Assembly (NCBI RefSeq): GCF_963921235.1
Contig: NC_086108.1
Location: forward strand, 110,796,001-110,860,000
DNA length: 64,000 nucleotides
Direction of reading: 5' to 3'
From: Mobula hypostoma
Lineage: Eukaryota
Shown: piece after piece, positions 1 to 12,462 of the stretch
Layout: each line of letters starts with the position of its first letter
Numbering within the stretch: position 1 is the stretch's first letter
The notes under the pieces: generated by a model
Database searches by the model: none
Seen by the model: the letters and a program-made list of their open reading frames with translations, nothing else
What the model was told of the DNA's origin: nothing
Program-made: the position numbers and the translations under genes

Positions 1-1790
1 GCTATCTCCTTACAAATTTGCTCCTCCAGTTCTCAGTCCCCATTAGGCGGTCTATAATACACCCCTATAAGCGTCACAACACCTCTCCTATTCCTCAATT
101 CTACCCAAATAGCCTCCCTAGACGAGTCCACTAATCTATCCTGCCACAGCACCGCTGCTATATTTTCTCTGACAAGCAATACAACACCTCCCCCTCTTGT
201 CCCTCCTATTCTATCATACCTGAAGCAACAAAATCCTGGAATATTTAGTTGCCAATCACACCCCTCCTGCAACCACATTTCACTAATTGCTACAACATCA
301 TATTTCCAGGTATCAATCCATGCTCTAAGCTCATCCACCTTTCTTACAATGCTCCTAGCATTAAAGTAGATGCATTTAAGAAACTCTCCACCTCCCACTC
401 TCTGTTTATCCTTAATTGAGCAAACAACTTCGTTATCTTCTTCTTTATTCCCCTACATCAGTCTCCCTGCTCTTAGTCTCCTTAATTTGATTCCCTCCCC
501 ACAACCATTCTAGTTTAAAGTCACCTCAGTAGCCCTCGCAAATCTCCCCGCCAGGATATTGGTCCCCCTATGATCCAAGTGCAATCCTTCCCCTTTGTAC
601 AGGTCACGCCTGCGCCAATAGTGATCCCAATGATCCAAAAACCTGAATCCCTGCCCCTTGCTCCAATCCCTCAGCCACGCATTTATCCTACATCTCATTG
701 CATTCCTACTCTCGCTGTCACGTAGCACAGACAGTAATCCCGAGATTACTACCTTTGTCGTCCTTTTTCTCAACTCCCTTCCTAACTCCCTATATTCTTC
801 TTTCAGGACCTCTCCCCTTTCCCTACCTATGTCATTGGTACCTATATGTACCACGACCTCTGGCTCCTCTTCCTCCCACTTCAAGATCTCTTGGACGCGA
901 TCAGAAACATCTCGGACCCTGGCACCAGGGAGGCAAACTACCATCTTGGTCTCACAGAATCGCCTATCTGACCCCCTAACTAATGAGTCCCCTATTACTA
1001 CTGCCCTCCTCTTTCTTTCCCTACCCTTCTGAGCTACAGGGCCGGACTCTGTGCCAGAGGCACGGCCACTGTTGCTTCCCCCAGGTATGCTGTCCCCCCC
1101 CAACAGTACTCAAACAGGAGTACTTTTTGTCAAGGGGCACAGCCACCGGGGTACTCTCTATTACCTGACTCTTCCCCTTCCCCCTCCTAACCGTGACCCA
1201 CTTGTCTGCCTCCCGTGGCCCCGGTGTGACCACTTGCCTGTAACTCCTCTCTATCAACTCCTCACTCTCCCTGATCAGATGAAGGTCATCGAGCTGCATC
1301 TCCAGTTCCCTAACGCGGTCTCTTAGGAACTGCATCTCAACGCACCTGGTGCAGGTGTGGATGTCCGGGAGGCTTGGAGACTCCACTCCCTCCCACATCC
1401 GGCACTGAGAACAACAAGCTGCCCTCACACTCATACTTCCCCCTCTCTTCAAATAACAGTGAAAAAAAAATGAATAACCAAACCCACTTCGCCTCGCCCG
1501 TTTCCACCTAAGCCCATTTAGCCAAAGCCCTTAAGCCTTCACTCTACTCCCGGCTCACTCCGCTGCCCGCTATATAAGGCTGTGTTCCTTTTAAATCTTC
1601 CTCATTTCCCTCCACGACGTCACACGCCTGCACCGTCCTGCCTCTCTCGACACTGATGAAAAAAAACGAAAAATTTAAACAAGGCTTCCTCCACACTCCC
1701 GCTCCGAATCTCAGTATTCTTTCTCCTAATTAAACTTGAATCAGGATTTGAGTCCTTTTAAATCTTCCTCGTTTCCCTCTTGTTCTGGAT
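1..1790 (-). mobile_element. CR1 LINE, 5' part: 5'UTR, decayed ORF1 (zinc finger/coiled coil plus SGNH esterase) and start of ORF2 APE endonuclease
   Basis: ORF 1021..1452 (CSQCRMWE..CTRC, ELEMQLDDL); ORF 510..1103 (VIGDSLVRG, VHIGTNDIG, GLHLD esterase motifs); ORF 33..398 (YFNARSI, ISEMWL, GGGV, GVYYRPP). Confidence 0.92.
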
Positions 1791-2009
1791 CCATCCTTGT
1801 AAATCTCTTCTGTACCTTCTGCAACTTGACAGTATCGGAGTGAGCAAGATCAGACACACAATAGCCCAAGTGCAGTCTCACTAACCACATACTGTATATA
1901 ACTACAACATAATGTCTCTGTTCCTAAACTTGATAACTTGACTCATGGGTTGGGGCAGAGAGAAGGTCATTTTTTCCCCCGATGGTCTAGTCATCTAAAA
2001 ATAGAGAAT

Positions 2010-2515
2010 TTAACAAGATTTCAAGCTTCCAAGAAGTTTTAATGTCATTTCCAGTACACAAGTATAAAAGAGAACAAAATAATTGTTCCTCCAGATATGA
2101 TGCAGCCCAAAAAAAAAACCATAACAACATAAGGAACACAATAATAAAAAAGAACACAGTAATATAAATACAAAAGATAGCTTATCTCCATAAATTGTGT
2201 GTCCATAAAATGATGCTGGCACAGGAGTGTCTATACATTTGGTGACTCTGACAGAAGTAGTGGTGGTTAGGGGTGTGGAGGGGTGGGTTAGTGGGTGGGG
2301 GTGTTGATCAGCCTTACTGCTTGGGCAAAGTAACTGTTTTTGAGTCTGATGGTCCTGGTGTGGATGCTACGTAGCCCCCTCCCTGATGGGAGTGGGACAA
2401 ACAGTCCATGAGCAGGTGGGTGGGATCCTTCATGTTACTGGCTTTTTTCTGGCACCTTTCTGTGTGGACTGTATGTCCTTGATGGTGGGCAGGCTGGTTC
2501 CGGTGATATGTTGGT
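2010..2515 (-). mobile_element. 3' fragment of a Rex1/Babar-type LINE; related copies near 24655-24995 (-) and 32255-32610 (+)
   Basis: Shared sequence among the three copies (gtgttgatcagcc..actgcttgg..aaagtaactg) and remnant of the KDP.HP.H C-terminal coding region. Confidence 0.6.
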
Positions 2516-4049
2516 GAGAGCGAGAAGAATTTAAAGATATAAGATTAGCTTTGTTTTCCATACATACATAAAAACATACAGTGATATACACCATTTGTGG
2601 TTAGCACTATGCTTTCCAATGCCAGTGATCAGCGAATGGTGTTGAATTCTGCCACCATCTGTAAGGACTCTCTAACCGATCTATGCCCCTATCAGATCAC
2701 CTGCCAGTCTCCTAGGTCCCAATAAGAACCATCCCAATGTCTTCAGTCTCTCCTTATAAGCACAGCCCTCCATTCTAGACAGCGCCCTGGTGAGTCTCAT
2801 CTGCACCTTCTCTATTGCTGCACAACCCTGCTGCAGCGTGGCTGATAGAACTGTACACAATGTTCTCAAGTGCAGGCCAGCCAATGTTTCGCACAACTGC
2901 AACAGTAGTGTAGCGGTCCGCGTACCGCTTTACGGTGCCAGCATTTGGGGTTCAATTCCTGTCACTTCCTCAAAGGAGTTGGTACGTTCTCCCCGTGACC
3001 GTGTGGGTTTCCTCTGGGTGCTCCAGTTTCCTCCCACAGTCCAAAGACATAAAGCACTGAGCAAAAATCTTTGGTACATATATAGCGAGGGTGCCTCAGA
3101 CTTGTGCACATTACTGTATTTGTCAACGTGGAGCAGGGAGTGAGTTTGTTTAACTAGTTGGTGGGGGGAATGGGAAGCCAAGGATGTTGGGAATGGCGAG
3201 GGTTGAGCACTGTGTGAGGGGTATGGGACAAGTGGCAGAGAAGGAGTGCCAGGGACAGGGGAGGCATGGGTGCAGACACATCCAGCCCTGAGTCACCAGG
3301 CAAATTTATTTGATTCAAATTGGTTCATTGACCATTACACAATGTCTGGTGCTTCCCGATCCCTACCCTCTTCCTTCCCATTTTCCCAACCATGATTCCC
3401 CTCTCCCTGACTTCTTCCCACTCCCAGGAGTGTGATGGTGGAAGGGTCATAACTGTTCCTTAACCTGGTGGCATGGAACCTGAGGCTCCTGTACCTCCAC
3501 CCTGATGGCAGCAGCAGGAACAGAGCATTGCCTGGATGGTGGTGGTCCGAGATGATGGATGCTGCTTTCCCGACCACGATTCCCCTCTCCCTGCCCCCTT
3601 CTCACTCTCAATCCACAACAGAGACCCAGATCAGAATCAGGTTTATCATCACTCACATATGTCATGAAATTGGTTTGTTTTTTTGTGGCAACAGTACGGT
3701 GTAATACATAAAATTACTACAGTACCGTGCAAAAGGTCTTGGGCACCTTAGCCATAGAGTATGTGCCTCAGCCTTTTGCCCAGTATTGTATACATTAGGT
3801 TTAGTTATTTGGGGATGTGCTATGTTGGAGCTAGAAGTATGGTGACACTTGTGGACTGTCCCCAGAGGGAGGGTGGTGGGTATATGGAATGAACTCCCAG
3901 CGGAAGTGGTAGAGGGAGGTGCAATTACAACGTTCAAAATACATCTGGACAGGTATATGGATAGATCGAGAGGGAAATGATCCAAATGCAGGCATCCACA
4001 GGAAATGTCTGCAAGCAAATGAGTCTCAGGATAGTATATGTTGAAATAT

Positions 4050-4618
4050 ATACGCAGTGGCCACTTTATTAGGAGCACCAGTACACCTGCTCGTTAATGC
4101 AAAATTCTAATCAGCCAATCATGTGGCAGCAACTCAATGCGTTAAAGCATGCAGAAATGGTTAAGAGGTTCAGTTGTTGTTCCTACTAAACGTCAGAAAT
4201 GTGATCTAAGTGACTTTGACCATGAAATGATTGTTGGTACCAGATGGGGTGGTTTGAGTATCTCAGAGACTGCTGATCTCCTGGGATTTTCACGCATAAC
4301 AGTCTCTAGAGTTTACAGAGAATGGTGCAAAAAACAAAAACACATCCAGTGAGCGGCCATTCTGTGGGTGAAAACGCCTCGTTAATGAGAGAGGTCAGAG
4401 GAGAATGACCAGACTGGTTCAAGCTGACCGGAGGGCAACAGTAACTCAAATAGTCACGCGTTACAACTGTGGTGTGCAGAAGAGCATCTCTGAACACTCA
4501 ATACATTGAACTTTGAAGCGGATGGGCTACAGCAGCAGAAGATCATGAATATACCCTCAGTGGCCACTTTATTAGGTACAGGAGGTAGATAATAAAGTAT
4601 TATTAATACTGAGTATAC
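4050..4618 (+). mobile_element. Non-autonomous Tc1-derived element retaining only the N-terminal HTH region
   Basis: TIR motif cagtggccactttattagg at ~4055 and ~4558, degenerate inverted copy at ~4590-4618; ORF 4149..4352 DLSDFDHEMIVGTRWGGLSISETADLLGFSRITVSRVYREW. Confidence 0.85.
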
Positions 4619-4714
4619 ATACTTCGATAATAAATTTACTTTGACCTTTGGCTCAGTTGGCAACCCTATCAATTTACAAGTCAGCTTGCTTCTGTGCTGT
4701 GTAACTGTGACTAT

Positions 4715-4980
4715 GGGGGTGCCATAGTAGCGTAGGGGTTAGCACGGCATTATTACAGCTTGGGGCAATTGTGTTCAGAGTTCAGCCCTCTGGAAGGAGT
4801 TTGTACATTCTTCCTGTGAATGTGTGGGTTTCCTCCGGGTGCTACGGTCTCCTCTCACTTACCAGTTAGTAGATTAATTGGTCGTTGTAAATTGTCCTGT
4901 GTAGAGGCCGGCGTTAGAAAGGTGGGGTGTTGGTGGCACGGCTCGTTGGGCTGCAAGGGGATTTTCCACGCTGTATCTAT
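4715..4980 (+). mobile_element. tRNA-derived V-SINE (HE1-like); further copies near 2905-3050, 8460-8670, 31690-31955, 33450-33690, 35010-35285(-), 40220-40470, 41000-41178, 47280-47500(-), 52720-52850(-)
   Basis: A-box-like head plus conserved gtgggtttcctccgggtgct..ggtttcctcccac body and ttaattggtcattgtaaattgtcc segment. Confidence 0.75.
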
Positions 4981-5254
4981 GCAACTGTTCAACTGTTCTC
5001 ATTCCTGGCTCTTGGGCTGAAACTTTGGCACAACATGACCTGTGCATTCCTTAAAGATTTATTTCAGATATTCAGCTGCCCTGGCAGCTTGCTCTGGTAC
5101 TGTGTAAGTACTTGACAGAACATTTCTCACACACAGTCTTGGAGGAACTCGCCAGTCAGGAAGCATGCACGAAGGGTCGCATAGCAGTCTACTCCAATCA
5201 GAGTGCAGCACCAGCTCTGACTGACAGGGTCTCACCCAATCACCCTCGTATATT

Positions 5255-7848
5255 ATGGGAATCATTTATAAGCCTCTGAATACTAGCCAAGATGTGGGGT
5301 GGAGATTGCAAACTGAGCTGGAAAAAGCATGTAATAAGGGTAATAACACAACTGTAATGGGGACTTCAAAATGCAAGGGGATTTGGAAAATCAGGTTGGT
5401 GTCAGATCGCAAGAGAGGGAATTTGTTGAAAGCTTACGAGATGGCTTTTTAGAACAGCTTGTGCTTGAGCCTACTCGGGGAAAGGCTATCTTAGATTGGG
5501 TGCCGTGTAATAACCAAGATCTTATTTGGGAGCTTAATGTAAAGGAACCCTTAGGAGGCAGTGATCATAATATGATTGAATTCATACTGCAGTTTGAGAG
5601 GGAGAAGCACAAGTCACGAGTATCAGTATCACAACGGAATAAAGGGAATTAAAGAGGCATAAGAAAGGAGCTTGCCCAGGAGGATTGGGGTGGGGGGGGG
5701 GGGATGATACTGGCAGGGATGATTGCAGAGAAGAGGTGGCTGAAGTTTCTGGAAATAGTTCACAAGGTGCAGGGTTGATATGTCCCACAGAGAAGAAAAT
5801 TCTCAAATGGCGGGGGTAGGCAACCATGACTGACAAAGGAAGTTGAGGACTGCATTAAAACCAAGGAAAGGGCATATAAGGTAGCAAAAGTGAGTGGGAA
5901 GGTGAATAATTAGGAAGCTTTTAGGAAACAAAGGGCAACTAAAAAAAGCTACAAGAAGGGAAAAGATGAAACATGAGAGCAGACTAGCCAATAATACGTA
6001 TAAAGCAGGATACTAAAAGTTTTTTCAGTTGTATAAGGAGTAAGAAGGAGGAAGGAGGTGAGAGTTGATATTGGACCATTGGAAAATGATTCTGGTCAGG
6101 TAGTAATGGGGGACAAGAAATGGCAGATGAACTTAATGGGTACTTTGCATCTGTCTTCACTGTGGAAGACACTAGCAGTGTGTCAGAGGTCTGTGAGTGT
6201 CAGGGAGCAGGAGTGAGTGCCATTGTTATTACAAAGGAAGAAGTGCTGGGCAAACTCAAAAGTCTTAAGGTGGATAAGTCACTTGGACCAGATGGACTAC
6301 ATCCCAGAGTCCTGAGAGAGGTTGCTGAAGAGATAGCAGATGCATTGGTCATGATCTTTCAAGAATTACTTGATTCTGACATAGTTCCTCCAGGGAAATG
6401 GAAGATTGCAAATGTCACTCCACTCTTTAAGAAGGGAGAAACACAAAAGAAAGGCAATTATAGGCCAGTTAGCCTAATTTCAGTGGTTGGGAAAGTCTAT
6501 TATTAAGGATGAGGTTTCCAGGTACATGGAGACTAATGATAAAATAAGTCAAAGTTAGCATGGTTTCTGTAAAGGAAACCTTGCCTGACAAATCTGTTAG
6601 AGTTCTTCGAGGAAGTACCAAGCAGGGTGGACAAAAGAGAGGCAGTGGACGTCATTTACTTGGATTTTCAGAAGGCATTTGATAAGGTGCCACACATGAG
6701 GCTGCTAAACAAGATAAAATCCTGTGGCGTTACAGGAAAGATGTTGGCATGGATAGAGGGATGGCTGACAGGCAGAGGGCAGCGAGTGGGAATAAAGGGG
6801 GCCTTTTCTGGCCAGTTGCTAGTGACTAGTGGTGTTCCTCAGGGGTCAGTATTGGGACTGCTACTTTTCACATTATTTTTCGATGATTTAGATAATGGGA
6901 TTGATGGCTTTGTGGCAAATTTTGCAGATGATACCAAGGTAGGTGAAGGGGTAGGTAGTGCTGAGGAAGCAATGTAATTGCAGAAGGATGTGGACAAATT
7001 GGAAGAATGGACAAAAAGTGGCAGATGGAATATGGTGTTGGGAAATGTATGATTATACATTTTGGTAAAAGGAACGAAAGTGCGGACAATTATCTAAATG
7101 GAGAGAAGGTTCAAGTATCCGAGGTGTAGAGGGACTTAGGAGTCCTCGTGCAAAACTCTCAGAAGGTTAATTTACAGGTTGAGTCTGCGGTGAAGAAGGC
7201 AAATGTAATGTTGGCATTTATTTCAAGGGGAATAGAATATAAAAATCAAGGAGATAATGCTGAACCTTTATAAGACACTTGTCAGGCTGCACTTGAGATT
7301 TGTCAACAGTTTTGGGCCCCATATCTCAGAAAAGATGTGTTGTCATTGGAGAGAGTCCAGAGGAGATTCATGAGGATGATTCTGGGAATGAAGGGGTTAA
7401 CATATGAGGAGCATTTGGCAGCTTAGGGCCTGTACTCACTGGAACTTAGAATAATGCAGGGGGATCTCATTGAATCCTACCGAATGGAGAAAGGACTAGA
7501 TAGGGTGAATGTGGAGAGGATGTTTCCTATGGTGGAGTATCCAGAACTTGAGGACACAGCCTCAAAATTGAGGGGCGACCCTTTAGAATAGAGGTAAGGA
7601 GGAATTTTTTAGACAGAGTTGTGAATCTGTGGAATCTTCTGCCACAGACTGTGGTGGAGGCCAAAAGTCCATGGGTGTATCTAAGGTGGAAGGTGATAGT
7701 TTCCCAATCAGTCAGGGTATCAAAGGATATGGTGAGAAGGCAGTTATTTGGGGTTGAGTGGGATCCGGGATCAGCCATGATGGAATGGTGGAGTAGACTC
7801 GATGGGCTGAATGGCCTAATTCTGCTCCTTGTCTTATGGTCTTATGGT
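5255..7848 (+). mobile_element. Decayed 5'-truncated CR1 LINE (ORF2 pseudogene)
   Basis: ORF fragments 5371..5652, 6120..6506 (GPDGLHPRVL, NYRPVSL), 6627..6977 (YLDFQKAFDKV, GVPQGSVLG, FADDTK); 3' tail tcttatggtcttatgg. Confidence 0.93.
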
Positions 7849-9459
7849 GTCTTCCCCCTTTCTTACCTGTCCTGAAGAAGGGTCTCAACCCAAAACATCA
7901 ACTGTTCATTTCCATGCACGCTGCTTGACCAGCTGAGTTTGTCCAAAACTTTGTGTATGTTACTTTGGATTTCCAGCATCTGCAGAGTTTCTTGTGTTTA
8001 GAATAAGAAGGTGGGGCTTGGGAATCTGTAGTGGAAGTGTGGGATAAGGACAGGAAATTTGGGAGGGTGTGGAGGACAGAATTATTGACTGAATTCATGT
8101 CTCCTTCATCTGAAATCACGACGGAATTAGAATCAGAATCAGCAGATGTCGTAAAAAGTGTCCCACTATCACTCTCCATTTCTTTCCCTCTTTCTTCAAT
8201 GTCATGAACTCTGAATGTTACAGCATCTATCATTAAGGACATCATCACACAGGACACACCCTCTTCTCATTGTTACCATCAGGGAGGAGGTACAGGAGCC
8301 TGAAGATTCAACGATTTAGGATCAGCTTCTTCCCCTCTGCATCAGATTTCTGGATGGACAATGAACCCAACAACACTACCTCACTACTTTTTCCCTCTCT
8401 TTTTGCACCACTTATATATATTCATTGAAATTTATAGTTTTTATTATTATGTATTATGTTCCCACTGCTGCTTGTAAGGAGTTTGCAAGTTCTCCCCATC
8501 ACTGTGTGGGTTTCCTCCAGGTGCTTTGGTTTCCTCCCACACTCCAAAGACATACGGGTGGATAGGTTAATTGGTCATTGTAAATTGTCCTGTGATTAGT
8601 CTACGGTTAAATTGGGAGTTGCTAGGCGGCGTGACTCGACAAGCCTATTCCATGATGTATCTCAACAAATAAATTTTAAAGAGTATTGCAATGTACTGCT
8701 GCCATAAAAGAACAAATTTCACGACATGGGTCAGTGAAATTAAACCTGATTCTGATTCTCAACAAGGACAGGAAGTTTGGGAGAGTGGGGATAGAAACAT
8801 TCTGGTAAGATGGGCGAGTTCGGACGCAGGGGCCCCTTTTTCTTGTTAAATGTGTTTTTTTTATGATTGTAAGATATTACTGGATTCCAAGAACTGTGGG
8901 TACTGCAGGTCTACACCATCAGTGAGCTGCTTGTTGGTCGGTGTAGCCGGCGGACATGTTGGAGGAGCCAGAATTGAATTCGGAGGAGCTGTGTTGGAAA
9001 CATCGGAAATGGTGTGTGTATTGTAACTATGGGTGATGGCCTTGGATGTTTCTCTTGCGATCACAAGACCCTGTTGGACATTGATAACGTAAGATGCCGC
9101 AGGCCTTTTCCCCTTGTTTGGTGGTACAGCAAGTGGTCCGGAGCTTGGTTGTAATGAGAACCAGGCCTCAGGCCGTGTGCTACAGTCCGGGAGAGGAGAC
9201 ACTGGAGTGGTATAGCATGGTGTCCATGTACGGTTTTCCTCTCCTGTCAGTGCTGCCCTCTGGTGTTTGATCAATGGAATGACAGGCAGATTGCAGCGTT
9301 CAGAACTGTACCATCAATTTCTTATTTGCGTGACTATGTTTTGCTTGCTATCTTGAATATGCTGCGTATTTTTTAGCACCTTGGTCCCAGAGCAATGGTG
9401 TTTCGTTTGGCTGTATCCATGTTTGGTTGAATGATAATTAAACTTGATTTGATTTGACT

Positions 9460-12250
9460 TTATCAGAATCGGAATCAGGTCTATTATCACTGGCATGTGA
9501 CGTAAAATTTGTTAACTTAGCAGCAGCAGTTCAATGCAATACATAATCTAGCAGAGGCAAAAAATAAATAAAATAAAAATAATAATAATAAACAAGTAAA
9601 TCAATTACATATATTGAGTATACTAAAAAAATGCAAAAACAGAAATTCTGTATATTTAAAAAAAGTGAGGTAGTGTCCAAAGATTCAATGTCTATTTAAG
9701 AATCAGATGGCAGAGGGGAAGAAGCTGTTCCTGAATCGCTGAGTGTGTGCCTTCAGGTTTATGTATCTCCTACCCGATGGTAACAGTGAGAAAAGGGCAT
9801 GTCCTGGGTGCTGGAGATCTTTAATAATGGACGCTGCTTTTCTGAGACACTGCTCCCTGAAGATGTCCTGGGTACTTTGTAGGCTAGTACCCAAGATGGA
9901 GCTAACTAGATTTACAACCCTCTGCAGCCTCTTTCGGTCCTGTGCAGTAACCCCTCCATACCAGACAGTGATGCAGCCTGTCAGAATGCTCTCCACGGTA
10001 TATCTATAGAAGTTTTTGAGTGTATTTGTTGACATGCCAAATCTCTTCACACTCCTAATGAAATACAGCTGCTGTCTTGCCTTCTTTATAACTACATCAA
10101 TGTGTTGGGACCAGGTTAGAATCTCAGAGATCTTGACACCTGGGAACTTGAAACTGCTCACTCTCTCCACTTCTGATCCCTCTATGAGGATTGGTATGTG
10201 TTCCTTCGTCTTACCCTTCCTGAAGTCCACAGTTCTTTCGTCTTACTGACGTTGAGTGCCAGGTTGTTGCTGCGACACCAGTTCATCAGTTGGCATATCT
10301 CACTCCTGTACGCCCTCTCATCACCACCTGAGATCCTACCAACAATGGTTGTATCATCAGCAAATTTGTAGATGGTATTTGAGCTATGCCTAGCCACACA
10401 GTCATGTGTATAGACAGAGTAGAGCAGTAGGCTAAGCACACACGCCTGAGGTGCACCAGCATTGATCATTAGTGAGGAGGATATGTTATCACCAATTGGC
10501 ACAGATTGTGGTCTTCCAGTTAGGAAGTTGAGGATCCAATTGCAGAGGGAGGTACAGAGGCCCAGGTTCTGCAACTTCTCAATCAGGATCGTGGGAATGA
10601 TGATATTACATACTGAGCTATAGTCGATGAAAGGCATTCTGACATAGGTGTTTGTGTTATCCAGGTGGTCTGAAGCTGTGTGGAGAGCCACTGAAATTTT
10701 AAGGTGCTTGGAAGTAGGTACAGAGGAGATATCAGGGGTAAGTTTTTTTTACTCAGAGTGGTGAGTGTGTGGAATGGACTGCCGGCGATTGTGGTATACG
10801 ATAGGGTCTTTTAAGAGACTCCTGAATAGGTACATGGAGCTTAGAAAAATAGAGGGCTATGGGTAATTTCTAAGGTAAGGACATGTTTGGCACAGCTTTG
10901 TGGGCCTTAGGGCCTGTATTGTGCTGTAGGTTTTCTATGTTTCTATGAGATTGTATCTGCCGTTGACCTATTGTGGCGATAGGCAAATTGCAATGGGTCC
11001 AGATCCTTGCTGAGGCAGGAGTTCAGTCTAGTCATAACCAACCTCTCAAAGCATTTCACCACTGTAGACGTGAGTGCTACCAGGCGATAGTCACTAAGGC
11101 AGCCCACATTATTCTCCTTAGGCACTGGTATAATTGTTGCCTTTTTGAAGCAAGTGGGAACTTCTGCCCGTAGCAGTGAGAGGTTGAAAATGTCCTTGAG
11201 TACTCCCGCTAGTTGGTTGGCACAGGTTTTCAAAGCCTTACCAGGTACTCCATCAGGACCTTCTGCCTGGCGAGGGTTCACTCTCTTTAAAGAGAGTCTA
11301 ACATCGGCCACTGAGACAGAGATCACAGGATCATCAGGTGCAGCAGGGATCTTTTTTTTAGACAATGAGAACACTCAGTCCTCTTTTACTGTCATTCAGA
11401 AATGCATATATGCATTAAGAAATGATACAATGTTTCTCCAGAGTGATATCACAGAAAACAGGACAAACCAAAGACTAACACTGACAGAACCACATAATTA
11501 TAACATATAGTTACAGCAGTGCAAAGCAATACCATAATTTGATGAAGAACAAACCATGAGCACAGTAAATAAAGTCTCAAAAGTCCCCGAGTCGATCGAC
11601 TCCCGAGTCCCCGATAGCAGGCGGCAAAAGGGAGAAACTCCCTGCCATAAACCTCCAGGCACCGTCAACTTGCTGATGCCTTGGAAGCAGCTGACCACAG
11701 CCAACACTGAGTCTATCCGACCAAAAACTTCGAGCCTCCGACCAGCCCCTCCGATACAGCCTCCCGAGCGCCATCCTCTGCTGAGCACCTTCGACCTCGC
11801 CCCGGCCACTTAAACACGCAAAGCCAAGGATTTCGGGGCCTTTTGCTCCGGAGATTCCGGTTACCACACAGTAGCAGCGGCAGCGAAGCGGGCATTTCAG
11901 AAGTTTTCCAGATGTTCCTCCGTACTCTCACGTCCGTCTCCATCAAATCAGAATTGTGCACGGTCCCCTACTTGACAGATAACAGATATTCATCACTGGA
12001 CAGGCCACGCGCACTGCCGTCGCACCGCCATCTTCTCCTCCCGACAGGTACTCCTTCGGGATCTACACAGCTGTGGTTGTGTTCTCCCTCTCAAAGCGGG
12101 TATAGAAGGCGTTGTGTTCATCTGGTAGTGAAGCATCACTGCCACTCACGCTATTGGGTTTCGCTTTGTAGGAAGTAACGTCTTGCAAACCCTGCCAGAG
12201 TTACCGTGCATCCGATGTCGCCTCCAACCTCGTTCGAAATTGTCTCTTTA
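9460..12250 (-). mobile_element. Decayed Rex1/Babar LINE, interrupted by a CR1 3' fragment (~10695-10945) and a non-autonomous element (11356-12042)
   Basis: ORFs 10943..11374 (GPDGVPG, YRLVALTS, DPLQFAYR), 10182..10691 (FIDYSS, GAPQAC, FADDTT), 9703..10230 (FFPSAI end). Confidence 0.9.
11356..12042 (-). mobile_element. Non-coding, non-autonomous retroelement, apparently with its 5' end intact; second, 5'-truncated copy at 51095-51630 (+)
   Basis: High similarity to the reverse complement of 51095-51630; 5' end ggaggagaagatggcgg (YY1-like motif); host Rex1 sequence gggatct occurs on both sides. Confidence 0.75.
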
Positions 12251-12462
12251 TTTGAAACATTGGCCCGAAGGGGTGAATCAGTAATGTGAGTTCAGCCTCA
12301 TTATTGCTCCCTGATTCTCTTTCCTCTTTCTTCCATGTTACGAGCTCTGAGGTCATTCATACACAGGTGATTCTTCAATTAGGGGCACTTTGACTACTTG
12401 AAATTGCGAAAAACGAAATTTCTTGAAACTCTGTTTTGTTTATGTTATAACTAAAGCTTTTA

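Noticed and set aside
11498..12178. Several overlapping GC-rich ORFs, echoed at 51114-51538
   Set aside because: Incidental frames in a dispersed repeat with no recognisable protein motif
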